A stretch of 64,000 bases of DNA from the NCBI GenBank assembly GCA_963708075.1, contig OY970194.1:5184001-5248000 (forward strand), given 5' to 3'. The notes beneath the pieces are model-generated. The model was not told the origin of the DNA, did no database searches, and saw nothing but the letters and a program-made list of their open reading frames with translations. Origin of the DNA: Sedimentisphaerales bacterium. Its GTDB lineage: Bacteria; Planctomycetota; Phycisphaerae; Sedimentisphaerales; Anaerobacaceae. Made by a program: the position numbers and the translations under genes. This document shows positions 1-11,642 of the stretch, one piece after another; within the stretch, counting starts at the first letter, position 1; every line of letters begins with the position of its first letter.

Positions 1-520
1 ACTCCAGCGCCGGGTAAGACCCGACAGCCACGGAGGCGGAACCTACCACCGTCCCTCCGCTGGCTTGATAGGGAGACCCTTGCCAGCCATCCGGCCACTC
101 CACGAGCGTGGTCTGCGACCAGGTGGGATTGTAGACGACCTGACCCAGCTCGGCGCCCTGCAATTGCACGGCGTACTCCAATCCCGTCACCACCCCATGC
201 ACCGAGATGGTCATATCCTCATTGAGGTCGAGGCCGAGGTCTGCATTGCCAATGGGGTACGACGTGACGACGGCAAAGTAGAAATTCTGCACATCATCAT
301 CGAAGTACATGGCTTCGATGTCATAGCCCTCGTCGTAAGCCGCGGCGCCATAGAAATTTACATTGTCGGTCTCGGTGTAGTTGGCGGGCGGGTTCGGCGC
401 CCAGTCCGAGAACGGAGTCACGCCCCAGTCGGAGAGACTCCCATCGATGGTGTAAGCCGCCCGGCCCGTACCTGTCAGTGCCCACCCCAGGAATGCCAAA
501 ATGACCACTTCTCTCTTCAT
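1..520 (-). CDS. Secreted protein, PEP-CTERM-type N-terminal region (runs off the window start)
   Basis: Manual translation from ATG 520 (RBS GGAG upstream): MKREVVILAFLGWALTGTGRAAYTIDGSLSDWG...YDIEAMYFDDD... The frame is open to base 1 and has a signal peptide. The C-terminus is not visible. Confidence 0.65.
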   Translation of the reverse strand, partial: MKREVVILAFLGWALTGTGRAAYTIDGSLSDWGVTPFSDWAPNPPANYTETDNVNFYGAAAYDEGYDIEAMYFDDDVQNFYFAVVTSYPIGNADLGLDLNEDMTISVHGVVTGLEYAVQLQGAELGQVVYNPTWSQTTLVEWPDGWQGSPYQASGGTVVGSASVAVGSYPALE

Positions 521-738
521 CACTTTCTCCTTCCGGTTCCCGTACAGGAATACTCTCCGCCGTCATCCCTGACTTGTGCCCTTTGGAGAAATGTCAAAAG
601 TGGCCGTGTCGCCCAGCCTGAGGCCTTGTGTCACAGGCGGAGCAGACAACAACGTCCTTGGCCGATATTTCCTATACGTGTCAGGGTACCAGCCGGCCCA
701 TGCTTTTGTCAAGAAAAATACCGTTGTCAAAGGAGACT

Positions 739-1067
739 GGGTGCGGTCGGCGTTCGGTGGCGGATTCGGATTCCAGCCGACACAAGAGCGCAGCCCAGTC
801 TTCTTTCGCCCCTACGGGGCTTCGAGATAGGATTGACTATCGTACCCACCGTTGAAACGGTGGGCTAGTGTCGATCGCCCCCGTGGGGCGGACGGGCCGA
901 CGCAAGAGGACTGGAGCGAAGTCCAAGCCCGGAGGGCGATAGAGAATAGCCCAGCGATTGATCGCTGGGCAACCGGGGCCGAGGACAAAAGCCAGTCCCG
1001 TAAGGGACGAAAGAGGCGCAGTCCGCACACGGCGGCTACACGCCGCCACCGAATTCCGACCACACCC
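739..1067. mobile_element. MITE family A copy 1 (329 bp) with REP-like hairpin cargo
   Basis: TIRs GGGTGCGGTCGGCGTTCGGTGGCGG / CCGCCACCGAATTCCGACCACACCC. Flanks AGGAGACT (731-738) and AGGAAACT (1068-1075). Near-identical to the reverse complement of 31042-31436 and 33563-34030. Confidence 0.85.
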
Positions 1068-1278
1068 AGGAAACTGTGGTGGTCCCGGGGTGATTAATTC
1101 GCGTTTGCGAACAGGGGGCTGGGCGGTCAGAATGACCCTTTCAGGGTGGGGCCGGCCCGGAGCTCTTCGTCGTCTTCGTTGATCATGGGGACGGCCACCA
1201 ATGATAGACGAGAGAAACAGGCGCCTGCCCTGGTACCAGGGACAATAGGCGTTCCGACCGATAGGAATTCAGCCCGCT

Positions 1279-1614
1279 TTACCCGACTAATTGAGGACCC
1301 GCCAGGGCGATGAACCTGTCTTCTGCAAACTCGAACAGATCATCAAGCCGAGCGATTGTAAAGACGCCCCGGGTCGCCGGAGCGACACTGCAGAGAGTCA
1401 GCTTGTGTCCGCATTCATTTACCAGCCTCTGGATCTCCAGGAGTTTGGCAAGGCACACGCCGCCCACCACATCAACGCGGGAGAAATCAATCACGACGTC
1501 ACAGTTGTCCCCATCGCGCAGCATTCCTATGACCCGCTGCAGCTCGTTATGTTTCTCCAACTCCCCAGGCAGATCCACAAGGATCACGTCTTTCGACCAA
1601 CAGTAAACGCTCAT
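1279..1614 (-). CDS. STAS domain anti-sigma factor antagonist
   Basis: 111 aa; VVIDFSRVDVV...LTLCSV...GVFTIARLDDLF STAS pattern; lies downstream of an ECF sigma gene. Confidence 0.85.
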   Translation of the reverse strand: MSVYCWSKDVILVDLPGELEKHNELQRVIGMLRDGDNCDVVIDFSRVDVVGGVCLAKLLEIQRLVNECGHKLTLCSVAPATRGVFTIARLDDLFEFAEDRFIALAGPQLVG

Positions 1615-1893
1615 TCCATGCCTCTCTTTTCGGCACCGCCCGTGGCTTTCCTGCGATTCCGAGGATCGCCCGCCACATGGGCTTCTGTCCTTCGATACAC
1701 CTGTACAGTACTACGGTTTTCCTGTCGAGAAGACCTGCCTGTACCCTTGTGAAAATACTACGTGACGTAAATTCGTCAGTGCGAGAATCGTGGAGAATCT
1801 GTCACCCGAGATGTCATCGGCGATGAGGCCACAGGATGCAAGACAGGCACAAGAAGGCGCAGATACCCTGCGGATGAATTGGGGGCAGTGGTT

Positions 1894-1963
1894 AATCGCA
1901 GATTGCGGATTTCGGCGCCAAACTCCCAGCAACAAATCCAAATCCCATCCGCAATCTGCGATT
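1894..1963. repeat. 17-bp perfect inverted repeat built from heptamer-type units
   Basis: AATCGCAGATTGCGGAT (1894-1910) / ATCCGCAATCTGCGATT (1947-1963). Confidence 0.8.
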
Positions 1964-2066
1964 CCACCACGGGACCCCAAAGGCGATCCTTGCCACTTGG
2001 GGTCCTCCTCAAGCGCCCGCGCGGGCGTCGATTCCGCCACCTGGAGTCCATTCCGGGGGCCGGCCG

Positions 2067-2657
2067 TCAGTTGACGGTCTCGTACATCATGACCGCATTC
2101 CAATCTTCCGCAAATCGGCTTACCGCCGCGTGAAGCCGGCTCTTGACCGTGCCGACCGGAATCCCGAGAATCCCGCCAATCTCCGCATAGGAGAACTTGT
2201 GGAAATAGGCCAGGATCAGGATTTCGCGGAGCTTTGCCGGCATCCGTGCGATGACCCGCTTCACCCCCGCGGCCGTCTCATCCCTGATCAGGTCGTCATA
2301 GGGCATGTGCTCGTCATGATCCAGCGTGTTCAGCACGTCATCGATGGAATTCTCCTCGCTGTCGAACAGGCTCCCCAGGTTGGTGGAGTCCGTTCGCTGG
2401 ATGCGGCGCAGGGCATCCTTCGCCTTGTTGGCCGCGATCGTGAACAGCCAGGGACGCAACGGCTTGGACAGGTCGAATGTGTCGCGGCTGATGTACAGTT
2501 GCATGAAGGTTTCCTGGAACACGTCGTCCACGAGGTCCCGGTCGTGCAGATACCTGCGGAGAAATGCATATAGGCCGTCCTTGTACCGGCTGACCAGCTC
2601 CTGGAACGCTTCTTCTTCACCGGCCGCATAACGCTTTAACAGTTGCACGTCGTTCAT
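2067..2657 (-). CDS. ECF RNA polymerase sigma-70 factor
   Basis: Region 2 DDVFQETF...WLFTIAANKAKD; region 4 FSYAEIGGILGIPVGTVKSRLH; RBS AAGGAG before ATG 2657. Confidence 0.93.
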   Translation of the reverse strand: MNDVQLLKRYAAGEEEAFQELVSRYKDGLYAFLRRYLHDRDLVDDVFQETFMQLYISRDTFDLSKPLRPWLFTIAANKAKDALRRIQRTDSTNLGSLFDSEENSIDDVLNTLDHDEHMPYDDLIRDETAAGVKRVIARMPAKLREILILAYFHKFSYAEIGGILGIPVGTVKSRLHAAVSRFAEDWNAVMMYETVN

Positions 2658-2809
2658 GGCAATCTCCTTTAATCCAACCGTCAACTACTGGGCACAAGGA
2701 TAACCGCGACGCGATTTTCGTAAAGTCGGGCGGTGGCTGGTTCTTCCATCCGGCGGGATGCCCGTTTCCCTATCGGGGAATCCCCGTATGCGTGACTCAA
2801 GACAGGCCC

Positions 2810-3297
2810 CGACACGGATGAGCGCCGACGAACGCAGATAAGGAGCCGGGACACGGCAACGGCGACAGCCGGTAGAGTGTGCTCTGCCCGCCGATTCTCC
2901 TGCTAATCCACCGCAAAGGATGCAAAGGGCCGCAGAGAATCCATGGAGGGTGGGTTTTCAACCCACGCGTTGAAGGGTCCTCTTTTCCAACCGCGAAATC
3001 TCGCCCTCGACCCTCGATCGAGTCGAGGCCAGGCTCTGATCGACAGTCCAGGTCTTGAACCGACAACCGACTACTGGCTACCGACTACCGCTCATCATCC
3101 GCAGATTTCGCAGATGTCCGCAGATTCAATCATCAATCGAAAGGGCTTCCCGCCGGCGACCTTCCCAATCATCAAGCAAACATCATCAATCATCAATCCC
3201 GGCGTCCCGCCGCTGCCCTCTTCCCACTTCATACATCAAACATCAAGAATCAAACCTCACTCCGCTCCCTCCTCTGCGGAAAAGGACCGGACAGATT
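2810..3297. repeat. Mosaic array of short tandem-repeat and REP-like modules
   Basis: Concatenated modules (CCGACAA/CTACCGA, CGCAGAT, TCATCAA, CATCAAA units; hairpin GTGGGTTTTCAACCCAC). The same modules recur at 19274-19374, 26715-26988 and 28003-28086. Confidence 0.8.
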
Positions 3298-3305
3298 CAG
3301 TTCCT

Positions 3306-5909
3306 CTACTCCCTGCTAACCGCATCACGAATCTGCGCCTCGTAGTCGGATTTGCCTACGAGACGAAACAGGCAACGACCTTTACTCCGAGCCTCATATA
3401 TTTGGCCGATGATCGTCTTTTCCTCCGTGTCCGGGGTCTCCAGCCGATCTGCACCTTTGTACTCGACTACCAGAACACGCCCGTCTTTCAGGAGAACAAC
3501 GAAGTCGGGGTAAAATCGGTCTGTGGATGTGGGTAGCCAGAAGGAGTAATCACTACGCACCAGGTTGCGAACCCAGCAATCCACCTCTGGCAGGCCGTCT
3601 ATGAAGGCAGCGCATTTCGCTTCCTCTAAGTCCATATGGGCGGGACGCAGATAATAGTGCTTCCTGAATTCCATCCGACCGTCATAGTAGCGCGTTGCGG
3701 GATAATTTGCCGAATCATACGTGAAGCAGAACGTTGGGTCGGCCTCAAGGGGACTCTCAAAATCGGCTGATAGCATCCGCTGATAAGCCTGCGTCACAAG
3801 ATGCCGACGATGGTGCGAAATCTTAGCCTCGGCGGCATCGCGCAATCGCCACCGCTGGCTGTTTAGTTCACCGAAGGAAAACGCCCGGCGCTCGATCAAA
3901 AAGCGGACCATTTTGCTCAGGAACAGTCCGGTTTCGTACTGCGTTATGTCTGCGTGTGGAATATTCTGGTCTAACCAGTTCCTCAGGTCGCTCTCATTCT
4001 GGGGCCCATGAATCTCAAGCAAGGCAAGTTGCTTCTGAAGGTCCGACATGAACGAGTAACTGATTCTGCCTTCGCTGTCTACGTCGATGTTAGCAACCTT
4101 CTCCGTGTCTTGGGGCAGAGAGAAGTCTTGCTCGGATAGTGAGGCGTCGCACTCGCTCAGCTTCCATGGCACCTCGCGAAACTGATCCTCAAACAATTCG
4201 AGTTGCCCATCGACGCGCATAGCAAGTTGCGGGACACTCAATCGGTCCCCCATGGTCGATGGCGAAGCATCCTGACCCCATGATTTCTTCGACAGTCGCT
4301 CAATCGCCCTTTTGTCCTCCTTGCTCGTGACTGTTGCCTTGAGGGCCTCTGCATCTTCGGGGGCTATTGGTGGCCCCGTGTAGACGATCTCGACGCCACC
4401 CTCCTTTTTATTGAGAGTCAAACGCTCACGAAGGCGACCGGGGACGCTCGATAAGTTCACCGTCGTGGAAATCGTCTCCGAGACTGTCTCATTGAACAGT
4501 GGAAGATATTCATCGCCCTTCCGCTCACCCGCTTGAACCATTGTCTTGGCTTCAAACCGCTCGAACCCGCTCTCAACGAGGGCCTCTGTCAGCGCGTTGG
4601 CCGATTCAACGAAGTCAGAAGAAGTGGCATACGCATAGGCATGATTCAACTCCTCGTGCTGCCGGCGCGTCACATATGGCATTCGCAGGATTCGACCGAG
4701 GATTTGTTCAACGGCGGTGCTGCTGCTGAGATTGGACACTGTGCAGAGGATGTACGCAAACGGACAGTCCCAGCCCTCACGCAGCTTGTCCACAGTGATG
4801 ATATAGCGTATCTTCTGATCCTCCTTGAGCACATCCACGCCCTCAAGATCATTCTCAGTACCGGTTGATACGGCAATTTCCTCCGGGGGGACGTGGAACT
4901 CCTCGATGAGTGCCTTCTTGAGAACATCGTATGTGACGTTATTCGCACCGGCCACATTGCGCTGCGCCTGAAACAACACGATAGGCCGGATATACTGACC
5001 GGAACTCCTCTGTTCCTCGTTGGCAAACTCCTGCAGTTGGCTTTGCTTGTTCAGAGCTTCCTGCACAGCCTCGACCCACTGTGCTTTCGACTTGAGCAGG
5101 ATAGGCAGCTTGATCATGTGCTCCGCCTTCAGCTCGGCGGCTGAAACGTGGGTGAGCACGTTGCTTGGCTCGTTGCCGCTTTCAAGCGTCTGGCTCGGCG
5201 TCGCGGAAAACTCCAAAATACAGGACGGATTGAATCTCGCCAGAGATTCGAAGGACAGCGTTGTGCGTGCGTTATGAGCCTCATCCACGATGACAACCGG
5301 ACGCCGCAGCCTCAACAGGTTCGCCAAGCTGCGCACGATGCTATTGTCCCCATTGCGGATCAACTGCTCCTGCTCTTGCGTCAGCCCTTCAAAGTTGGAC
5401 ATCAACGCGCCATTATCTTCGTATATCTTGCGTCCCTCCGTGTTCTCCACGCGCATTGCAGCCATGGTCGAGATGATCACAACCGTATCTGAGTTGAGGG
5501 TTCCACGTTGGAGACTCAGGGCCGACTTGAGGTCCATGATGCTGACGCAACCGCCGAATGATTCATCTAGTGCCTTGCGGTATGCGTGGGCCTTATCCTG
5601 CAAGGCTTTGAAGGTCTGTTCGACAATTTGCGTGGTTGGCGCGAGCCAAAGCACTAAGGCCCTCTCGACCCGGAGCAAACTCGTTGCAGCGATGCTAATT
5701 GCATGCGCCGCGAGGACGGTCTTACCGCCGCCTGTCGGCACGCGAATGCATACGTAGGGAAGGCCTCTCAACGTCTCTACGTGATGATACGGCCTGCGAG
5801 TCTGCTCATAGAAAGCTGTGTCGCCATCCTGCAATTCCCACGTCCGGCGCAGATACTTCGCCAGTTCATCCAGACACCGCTGCTGATAGGTCTTCAGAAC
5901 GAATGCCAT
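3306..5909 (-). CDS. res: Type III restriction endonuclease Res subunit (DEAH helicase + PD-(D/E)xK nuclease)
   Basis: PTGGGKT, DEAH, SAT, EGWD, QILGRILR and C-terminal YPDF...EYKG; TAATG overlap with mod. Confidence 0.92.
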   Translation of the reverse strand: MAFVLKTYQQRCLDELAKYLRRTWELQDGDTAFYEQTRRPYHHVETLRGLPYVCIRVPTGGGKTVLAAHAISIAATSLLRVERALVLWLAPTTQIVEQTFKALQDKAHAYRKALDESFGGCVSIMDLKSALSLQRGTLNSDTVVIISTMAAMRVENTEGRKIYEDNGALMSNFEGLTQEQEQLIRNGDNSIVRSLANLLRLRRPVVIVDEAHNARTTLSFESLARFNPSCILEFSATPSQTLESGNEPSNVLTHVSAAELKAEHMIKLPILLKSKAQWVEAVQEALNKQSQLQEFANEEQRSSGQYIRPIVLFQAQRNVAGANNVTYDVLKKALIEEFHVPPEEIAVSTGTENDLEGVDVLKEDQKIRYIITVDKLREGWDCPFAYILCTVSNLSSSTAVEQILGRILRMPYVTRRQHEELNHAYAYATSSDFVESANALTEALVESGFERFEAKTMVQAGERKGDEYLPLFNETVSETISTTVNLSSVPGRLRERLTLNKKEGGVEIVYTGPPIAPEDAEALKATVTSKEDKRAIERLSKKSWGQDASPSTMGDRLSVPQLAMRVDGQLELFEDQFREVPWKLSECDASLSEQDFSLPQDTEKVANIDVDSEGRISYSFMSDLQKQLALLEIHGPQNESDLRNWLDQNIPHADITQYETGLFLSKMVRFLIERRAFSFGELNSQRWRLRDAAEAKISHHRRHLVTQAYQRMLSADFESPLEADPTFCFTYDSANYPATRYYDGRMEFRKHYYLRPAHMDLEEAKCAAFIDGLPEVDCWVRNLVRSDYSFWLPTSTDRFYPDFVVLLKDGRVLVVEYKGADRLETPDTEEKTIIGQIYEARSKGRCLFRLVGKSDYEAQIRDAVSRE

Positions 5910-7501
5910 TAGCACACCTTGATCTCATAAGGCAATTGCTTGAAGGTAATCCGCTCACGCTTCAGTCTTGCGTCCGAGAGCCGGCATCCTTCGCCGAAAA
6001 CGACTTTCGGCCCATCGTGTGCGGGCAGACTCCCCAACACCTTACTTGTCAACACATTGCCGCCATCCGGCGTCTTGTCACCGAGCACTCCGTTGAACAG
6101 GAGGTAGTAGGCCGTGCCGTTGGCGACACCCAGGAACGCGCTTCTTACACTCGCCTGCTTGGGAATGGGTGATCCCGTTTCAGTGAAGAAGACATGTGCC
6201 GCCAAATCCGTGAACTTGACCTCCGGACCAATCTGACCATGCTCATCGAAGAGGGGCTTGTCCAGCCTGCAATAGCGAAATCCGCCACCCAAGCCGGACA
6301 CGGATTTTCCCTTGGAGTTAGTGTAACCTTGTGCCACACGCTTGATTCGCTCGGCAGTAATTCCGCGCGCAATCTCCGGCTCCATCTCCACAAGGATGAA
6401 TCGACGGGTGCCGCCATTGGTATTCACCCTCAGAACCGCATGTCCCGTCGTTCCCGAGCCAACAAAGGAATCCAAAACTAAGTCCCCAGGCTTGGTGGCT
6501 TGCTCGATCAGCGTCGCGATTAGCTCAGAAGGTTTCGGAAAGGCAAATGCCTTTGGTCCCATGATCTCGCTAAGCTCCTTGGTTGCCTCAACGTTCCCCG
6601 GTGCATCGAGAACGGTTGACAGTCCGGTTGTGGTGGCTTGCATATCTGAGATGTAACGCTTTAGTCTGGGCCGACCACCTATCTTCTTGGGCCAGAGAAT
6701 CCGATTCTCGGCGATCAATGCTTGCATTCGCTCGCGACCGTAGATCCACCCACGGGAGGCGTGAGGCGGATAATGTTGCCCGGTTTCTGGGTGGATTATA
6801 TCGTAATGGAGATTTGGACGTTCGGCCGCATTTGCCAGACCTGTCAGATTGTCACTCATCCATGGGCCGCGTGGATCATTGTCTGGGTTCGAGTATTTCG
6901 TCAAATCCTTTGCTTGTCCTCTAACACGGAAGCCCGCGCTACGCTGATAGGCGAGTATGTACTCGTGATCCCCAGATACACCATTGAGATTCCGGCTATC
7001 GGGCGTGGTCCGACGTTTCCAGATGAAAGTGGCTATATGATTGGTTTCTCCAAAAATCTCATTCATCAGGAGCTTCAGACGCTCGAATTCGTTGTCATCG
7101 ATGCTCACAAAGATTGCCCCATCTGGTCGGAGGAAATCTCGCAAGAGCGACACTCTCGGATACATCATGCAGAGCCACTTATCGTGGCGTGACAGATCCT
7201 CGGCCTCTCCTCCGACGGTCTTTCCAAGCCACTTTCGTATTTCGGGGCTGTTGACATTGTCATTGTATGCCCATTTCTCGTTCCCGGTGTTGTAGGGCGG
7301 GTCGATGTAGATGCATTTGACCTGTCCAGCGTAGTAAGGGAGGAGGGCTTTCAAGGCCAAGAGGTTATCCCCCTCGACCAGCAGATTTCCGGCGTCGGGG
7401 TCGCCGCACGAAAGATCCTTATCGCAGCGCAACAAGTGGTAAGGCACTTGGCGGTGGTGTCCGACGACCGCTTCCTTCCCAATCCAATTCAGTGAGGGCA
7501 C
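5909..7501 (-). CDS. mod: Type III R-M N6-adenine methyltransferase Mod subunit
   Basis: EGDNL, IDPPYNTG, FPKP, DSFVGSGTTG in beta-class order; directly upstream of res. Confidence 0.93.
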   Translation of the reverse strand: MPSLNWIGKEAVVGHHRQVPYHLLRCDKDLSCGDPDAGNLLVEGDNLLALKALLPYYAGQVKCIYIDPPYNTGNEKWAYNDNVNSPEIRKWLGKTVGGEAEDLSRHDKWLCMMYPRVSLLRDFLRPDGAIFVSIDDNEFERLKLLMNEIFGETNHIATFIWKRRTTPDSRNLNGVSGDHEYILAYQRSAGFRVRGQAKDLTKYSNPDNDPRGPWMSDNLTGLANAAERPNLHYDIIHPETGQHYPPHASRGWIYGRERMQALIAENRILWPKKIGGRPRLKRYISDMQATTTGLSTVLDAPGNVEATKELSEIMGPKAFAFPKPSELIATLIEQATKPGDLVLDSFVGSGTTGHAVLRVNTNGGTRRFILVEMEPEIARGITAERIKRVAQGYTNSKGKSVSGLGGGFRYCRLDKPLFDEHGQIGPEVKFTDLAAHVFFTETGSPIPKQASVRSAFLGVANGTAYYLLFNGVLGDKTPDGGNVLTSKVLGSLPAHDGPKVVFGEGCRLSDARLKRERITFKQLPYEIKVC

Positions 7502-7685
7502 GAAACGCTTCTCCTTCTACTTCCCAACACGTATCCACAAGGCCTTTCCCATGATATCCCGCTGGCCGGCCAGTTCAAGGTATTCTCCGTGGAAGGAAGA
7601 AGGGTCTTCGAGAAAGGGGAAGATGTCGCGTACTTTTTCCAGACGAGTCGGCATAAGTGTCACTCTGGCAAAGGGTTAGGGGAGG

Positions 7686-7886
7686 AGTGTGAAGCATCAA
7701 GTGTGAAGTTTGATGTTTGAAGTTTGAAGTGTGAAGCCGGAGGCTGGGTTTTCTCTGCGGCTTGGCGTCTCTGCGTGAGGTAATGTTGGTTCCGGCTGAC
7801 AGCCGGGCTGGGTTGATCGGCGGTGGCATTTCCTCCGTGGTCTCTGTGGTGAAGAAATCTGGCTTCCCAATCAAGTCGGGAATGAC
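7686..7886. repeat. Mosaic repeat array on the opposite flank of the R-M cassette
   Basis: GTGTGAA/GTTTGAT/GTTTGAA heptamers (inverse of the CATCAAA run at 3230-3260), CTCTGCG/CTCCGTG units, TTCCC...GGGAATGAC hairpin. Confidence 0.75.
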
Positions 7887-7948
7887 AGGCGCGGGCCGTG
7901 GCTCTCAGGTTCTTGCCTTCCGGAGTCGGCGCTGGTATGATTTACGGT

Positions 7949-8125
7949 ATGAAGTCACTGATCCAGAGCAATCGGTACTTAGCCGATCCGGCGAATCGCA
8001 AGGCGATGGTCCGGGACAATGCCCGACAGTCCTCCGTCTTTGAGGGCGCCCACGGCCTCTCCGCTCAGCCCTTGCGCACGCGCCGTTCCAGGGCCTCTAC
8101 AAAGAAAGCCGTCAAGGGCTCGTAG
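7949..8125 (+). CDS. Small basic hypothetical protein (58 aa), probably leaderless
   Basis: TTGCCT-17-TATGAT promoter 7 nt before the ATG; overlaps the 3' end of a Fic-like remnant on the opposite strand. Confidence 0.5.
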   Translation: MKSLIQSNRYLADPANRKAMVRDNARQSSVFEGAHGLSAQPLRTRRSRASTKKAVKGS

Positions 8126-8210
8126 TCCTGGACGTACCCCTTCCTGACAGCTTCCAGATACGCCGCCTGCCTTTTCTTGGCATTTCGCCCGATGAAGCCG
8201 TAATCGGGTG
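8065..8210 (-). pseudogene. C-terminal remnant of a Fic-like protein
   Basis: PDYGFIGRNAKKRQAAYLEAVRKGYVQDYEPLTAFFVEAL resembles a Fic C-terminal helix; the 5' part is replaced by heptamer repeats (8210-8258). Confidence 0.5.
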
Positions 8211-8264
8211 CGGATTGGGGGTGGTTGTCAGTTCTCGGTTGGCGGTTGTCAGTCAGTGGAGGCC

Positions 8265-8618
8265 TCAGGTTCGGACTCGGATCCGATCTCGTTCGACAAT
8301 CCACAACTGGCCGGCACAATCGTTTGTCTTGAGCACTTCCAGCAGCCGTTGCACGAGCCGGGCGACCTCCGGAACACTCTGCCTCGCCAGGCGCAGGACG
8401 AGCAGGCCGGGGTAGTCGGCGGGGCGATAGGTTCGGATGTCTGAGAAGTCAGTGTCGAGCGTGATAAGGGTCCGGCCTTCCTGCTTGCAGACGGATGCGA
8501 TTCGGCGATCCGGCCGCCCACTCAGCGATTGATCGAAAACCGTGAGCGCATCATGGCCGGCGGCACGCAAGAGGTCCACGGCTTCTAAGGGGAAGTTCTC
8601 ATCCGCTTTGAACTTCAT
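8265..8618 (-). CDS. DUF5615 PIN-like toxin (VapC45-like)
   Basis: MKFKADENFP...GHDA...EGRTLITLDTDF. Confidence 0.88.
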   Translation of the reverse strand: MKFKADENFPLEAVDLLRAAGHDALTVFDQSLSGRPDRRIASVCKQEGRTLITLDTDFSDIRTYRPADYPGLLVLRLARQSVPEVARLVQRLLEVLKTNDCAGQLWIVERDRIRVRT

Positions 8619-8628
8619 GGTCGGGTCC

Positions 8629-8967
<339 letters not shown>

Positions 8968-9834
8968 TTAGAAGGACCACTTCAGGGTCAGGCTGGCCCA
9001 GAGCTCTTGGTCGTCCTCGTTGATCGAGTTGTTCAGCGTGAGCTGGTAGAAGACTCCGGGTGTGAAGACGATGCCGGAGCCGAAATCGAAGTCGGTGGCG
9101 AGGCCGAAGACGGCGTGGGACCAGTCGTGGTCGGGATCGCGGTACAGGGCCCGCCAGTCGTTGCCCGGCCGGGTCGGGGTCGGCGAGAACCCGTCGTTGT
9201 AGGTGACCTCGGAGTGCAGCTTGACGAGCTGGTCCTTCGATCGGCCGGGGACCAGGGCGGGGATCGAGAAGCCGTAGTCGAGCATCAGGATGTGCAGCCA
9301 GCCGTTGCCGTCCGCGAGGCGGGAGTTGCTCTCCGCCTGCCACATTTTGACCGAGGCGATCGTGGGGCACAGGCCTTTCACGGGCAGAAGGCTGGGCCAG
9401 GAGAGCATCAGGTGGGCTTCCTGGAGGTCGAGCGATTCGCTCTCATCGAGCTCCGGGTAGGCGTAGTAGACCCAGCCGGCCCGGAATTGGGTGACGTACG
9501 GCTGGTCCTTGAAGAGGCTGTTCTGATAGTACGGGGCGAAGTCCCAGCGTTCCTTGTCCTCGAACCCGCCCGACGCGGCGCGATGGCCGGTGACGGAGAC
9601 GCCGAAGCCTGTATCGAACAGGCTCAGGTCGGTCTGCAGGTGCAGGGCAGCCTTGTCCTCGTAGAAGTCGAAGCCGTACCAGAGGTACTTGCTGTCCCAC
9701 GCCAGGCTGATGGATCCGTGGAGATCGCCCGTGACTGCCGGCCGATCCCCTTTCTGCAGATCCCCTTTCCAGTTCTGCGCCGTGACCGGCGCCGCTACGC
9801 CAAGGATGGCTGCCAGGACCACTACCTGTCTCAT
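8968..9834 (-). CDS. Outer-membrane beta-barrel protein (TorF-like putative porin)
   Basis: Signal peptide [28 protein letters not shown] motif, amphipathic strands, terminal LKWSF. Confidence 0.65.
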   Translation of the reverse strand: MRQVVVLAAILGVAAPVTAQNWKGDLQKGDRPAVTGDLHGSISLAWDSKYLWYGFDFYEDKAALHLQTDLSLFDTGFGVSVTGHRAASGGFEDKERWDFAPYYQNSLFKDQPYVTQFRAGWVYYAYPELDESESLDLQEAHLMLSWPSLLPVKGLCPTIASVKMWQAESNSRLADGNGWLHILMLDYGFSIPALVPGRSKDQLVKLHSEVTYNDGFSPTPTRPGNDWRALYRDPDHDWSHAVFGLATDFDFGSGIVFTPGVFYQLTLNNSINEDDQELWASLTLKWSF

Positions 9835-9915
9835 AACCGACCCCTTCCAGCACACAATCAATGCCGCTGCGAACGGTCTGTGCGCAGCGTCGTGTCCTGG
9901 TGGAATATCGGCAGT

Positions 9916-11311
9916 TTACCAGCGGCCGCTTTTCCTCATTTCGGCCTTGGGCAGTTTTTCCAGGTCCTTGGTGTACTTTTTCAGCTCCTCTTCGGGCAAT
10001 TCGTAGTCGGTGAGCCGGCCGGACATGAAGGCGTCGTAGCCGCTCAGGTCCATCAGGCCGTGCCCGCTGTAGTTGAAGAGAATCACTTTCTCTTTGCCTT
10101 CCTTGCGGGCCTTTTCCGCCTCGTCGATTGCGCAAGCGATGGCGTGGCTGGTCTCCGGGGCACAGATGCTGCCTTCGGTCTTGGCCCAGGTCATCGCCGC
10201 CTCGTAGCAGCGGCTCTGGACATAAGCCCGCGGCTTGAATAGACCTTCGACGATACACTGACAAACCAGCGGAGCCATACCGTGATAGCGTAAGCCCCCT
10301 GCGTGGATTGGCGGCGGGACGAATGCGTGGCCCAGCGTGTGCATCGCCAGCAGCGGGGTCATGCAGGCGGTGTCGCCGTGATCGTAGTGCGAACGGGGCG
10401 CGGGTCATCTTCGGGCAGGCCGCCGGCTCGACGGGAATGATCTCGATGTTGGCGCCGTTGATCTTGTCGGCCGTGAACGGGAAGGCGAGTCCGGCGAAGT
10501 TGCTTCCGCCGCCGGCACAACCGATGACGATGTCCGGCAGTTTCTCCCCGGCCGCCTTCAACTGCTTCTTGGCCTCCAGGCCGATGATCGTCTGATGCAG
10601 CAGCACGTGGTTGAGCACGCTGCCCAGGGAGTAGCGGGTCTTGCCGGACGGGTCGGTGACGGCCGCCTCGATGGCCTCGCTGATCGCGATGCCCAGGCTG
10701 CCCGGCGTATCCGGGCATCTCGGCTCGAGGATCTTGCGGCCCGCGTTGGTCTCCGTGCTCGGACTGGCGACGCAATTGCGCGCCCCAGACCTGCATCATC
10801 AGCTTGCGGAAGGGCTTCTGGTCGAAGCTGATCCGCACCATGAACACCTTGCACTCCAGCCCGAACAGCTTGCAGGCGAACGCCAGGGCGCTGCCCCACT
10901 GGCCGGCCCCGGTCTCCGTGGTCAGCCGCTTGATGCCCGAACTGCTTATTGTAGTACGCCTGGGCCACGGCCGTGTTCGGCTTGTGGCTGCCCGGCGGGC
11001 TGACGCTCTCATCCTTGTAATAGATGCGCGCCGGCGTCTTCAGGTACTTCTCCAGCCGCACGGCCCGCCGCAGCGGCGTCGGACGCCACTGGTACAGGAT
11101 GTCCAGCACCTCCTCCGGGATGTCGAATCCACCGCTGCGTGCTGACCTCCTGCTCGATGATGTTCATCGGGAACACCGGCGCCAGCATGTCCGGCGTGAT
11201 CGGCTTGCCGTCCGGACCCAGCGGCGGCAGCGGCGGCGTCGGCAGATCGGCCGCCATATTGTACCACTCTCTCGGCATGTCCCCCTCACGAAGCAGGATC
11301 TTGTGCTCCAT
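9916..11311 (-). CDS. trpB2: TrpB-like (TrpB2) PLP enzyme, broken by about 5 frameshifts (probably sequencing errors)
   Basis: Pieces in different frames: [61 protein letters not shown]. Confidence 0.9.
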
Positions 11312-11642
11312 TGTCTGTTCTCCAACCAAAGTCTTTCTTCAGCGCGAATTTTGTCCACCAGAGCCACACAGGCGAAAGACAATATGTTACTCCATTCACA
11401 ACCCCCTGTCAAACCAAAATCCCCCAATTCCCCAGGCCAATCCCAAGTCCCCGGCAGGGCCGCCCCGAAAGCCAAAATTGCCCAAGCAGCCCTGCCTTTG
11501 AATTGAAGATCGCCATAGCGCAGGTCAAGTTGGCTTCCCGGGTGGTCGATAGCAGCAGGGGATCGAGCCATAGGAGGGTAACTGATGTAAGGCACGGACT
11601 GCCAGAGCAAGAAAGCGAGCTATTACACAGGGATACGAGACC

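Noticed and set aside
576..1182. Small ORFs over MITE copies (also 30901-31341, 33411-34210)
   Set aside because: They are translations of the non-coding repeat element.
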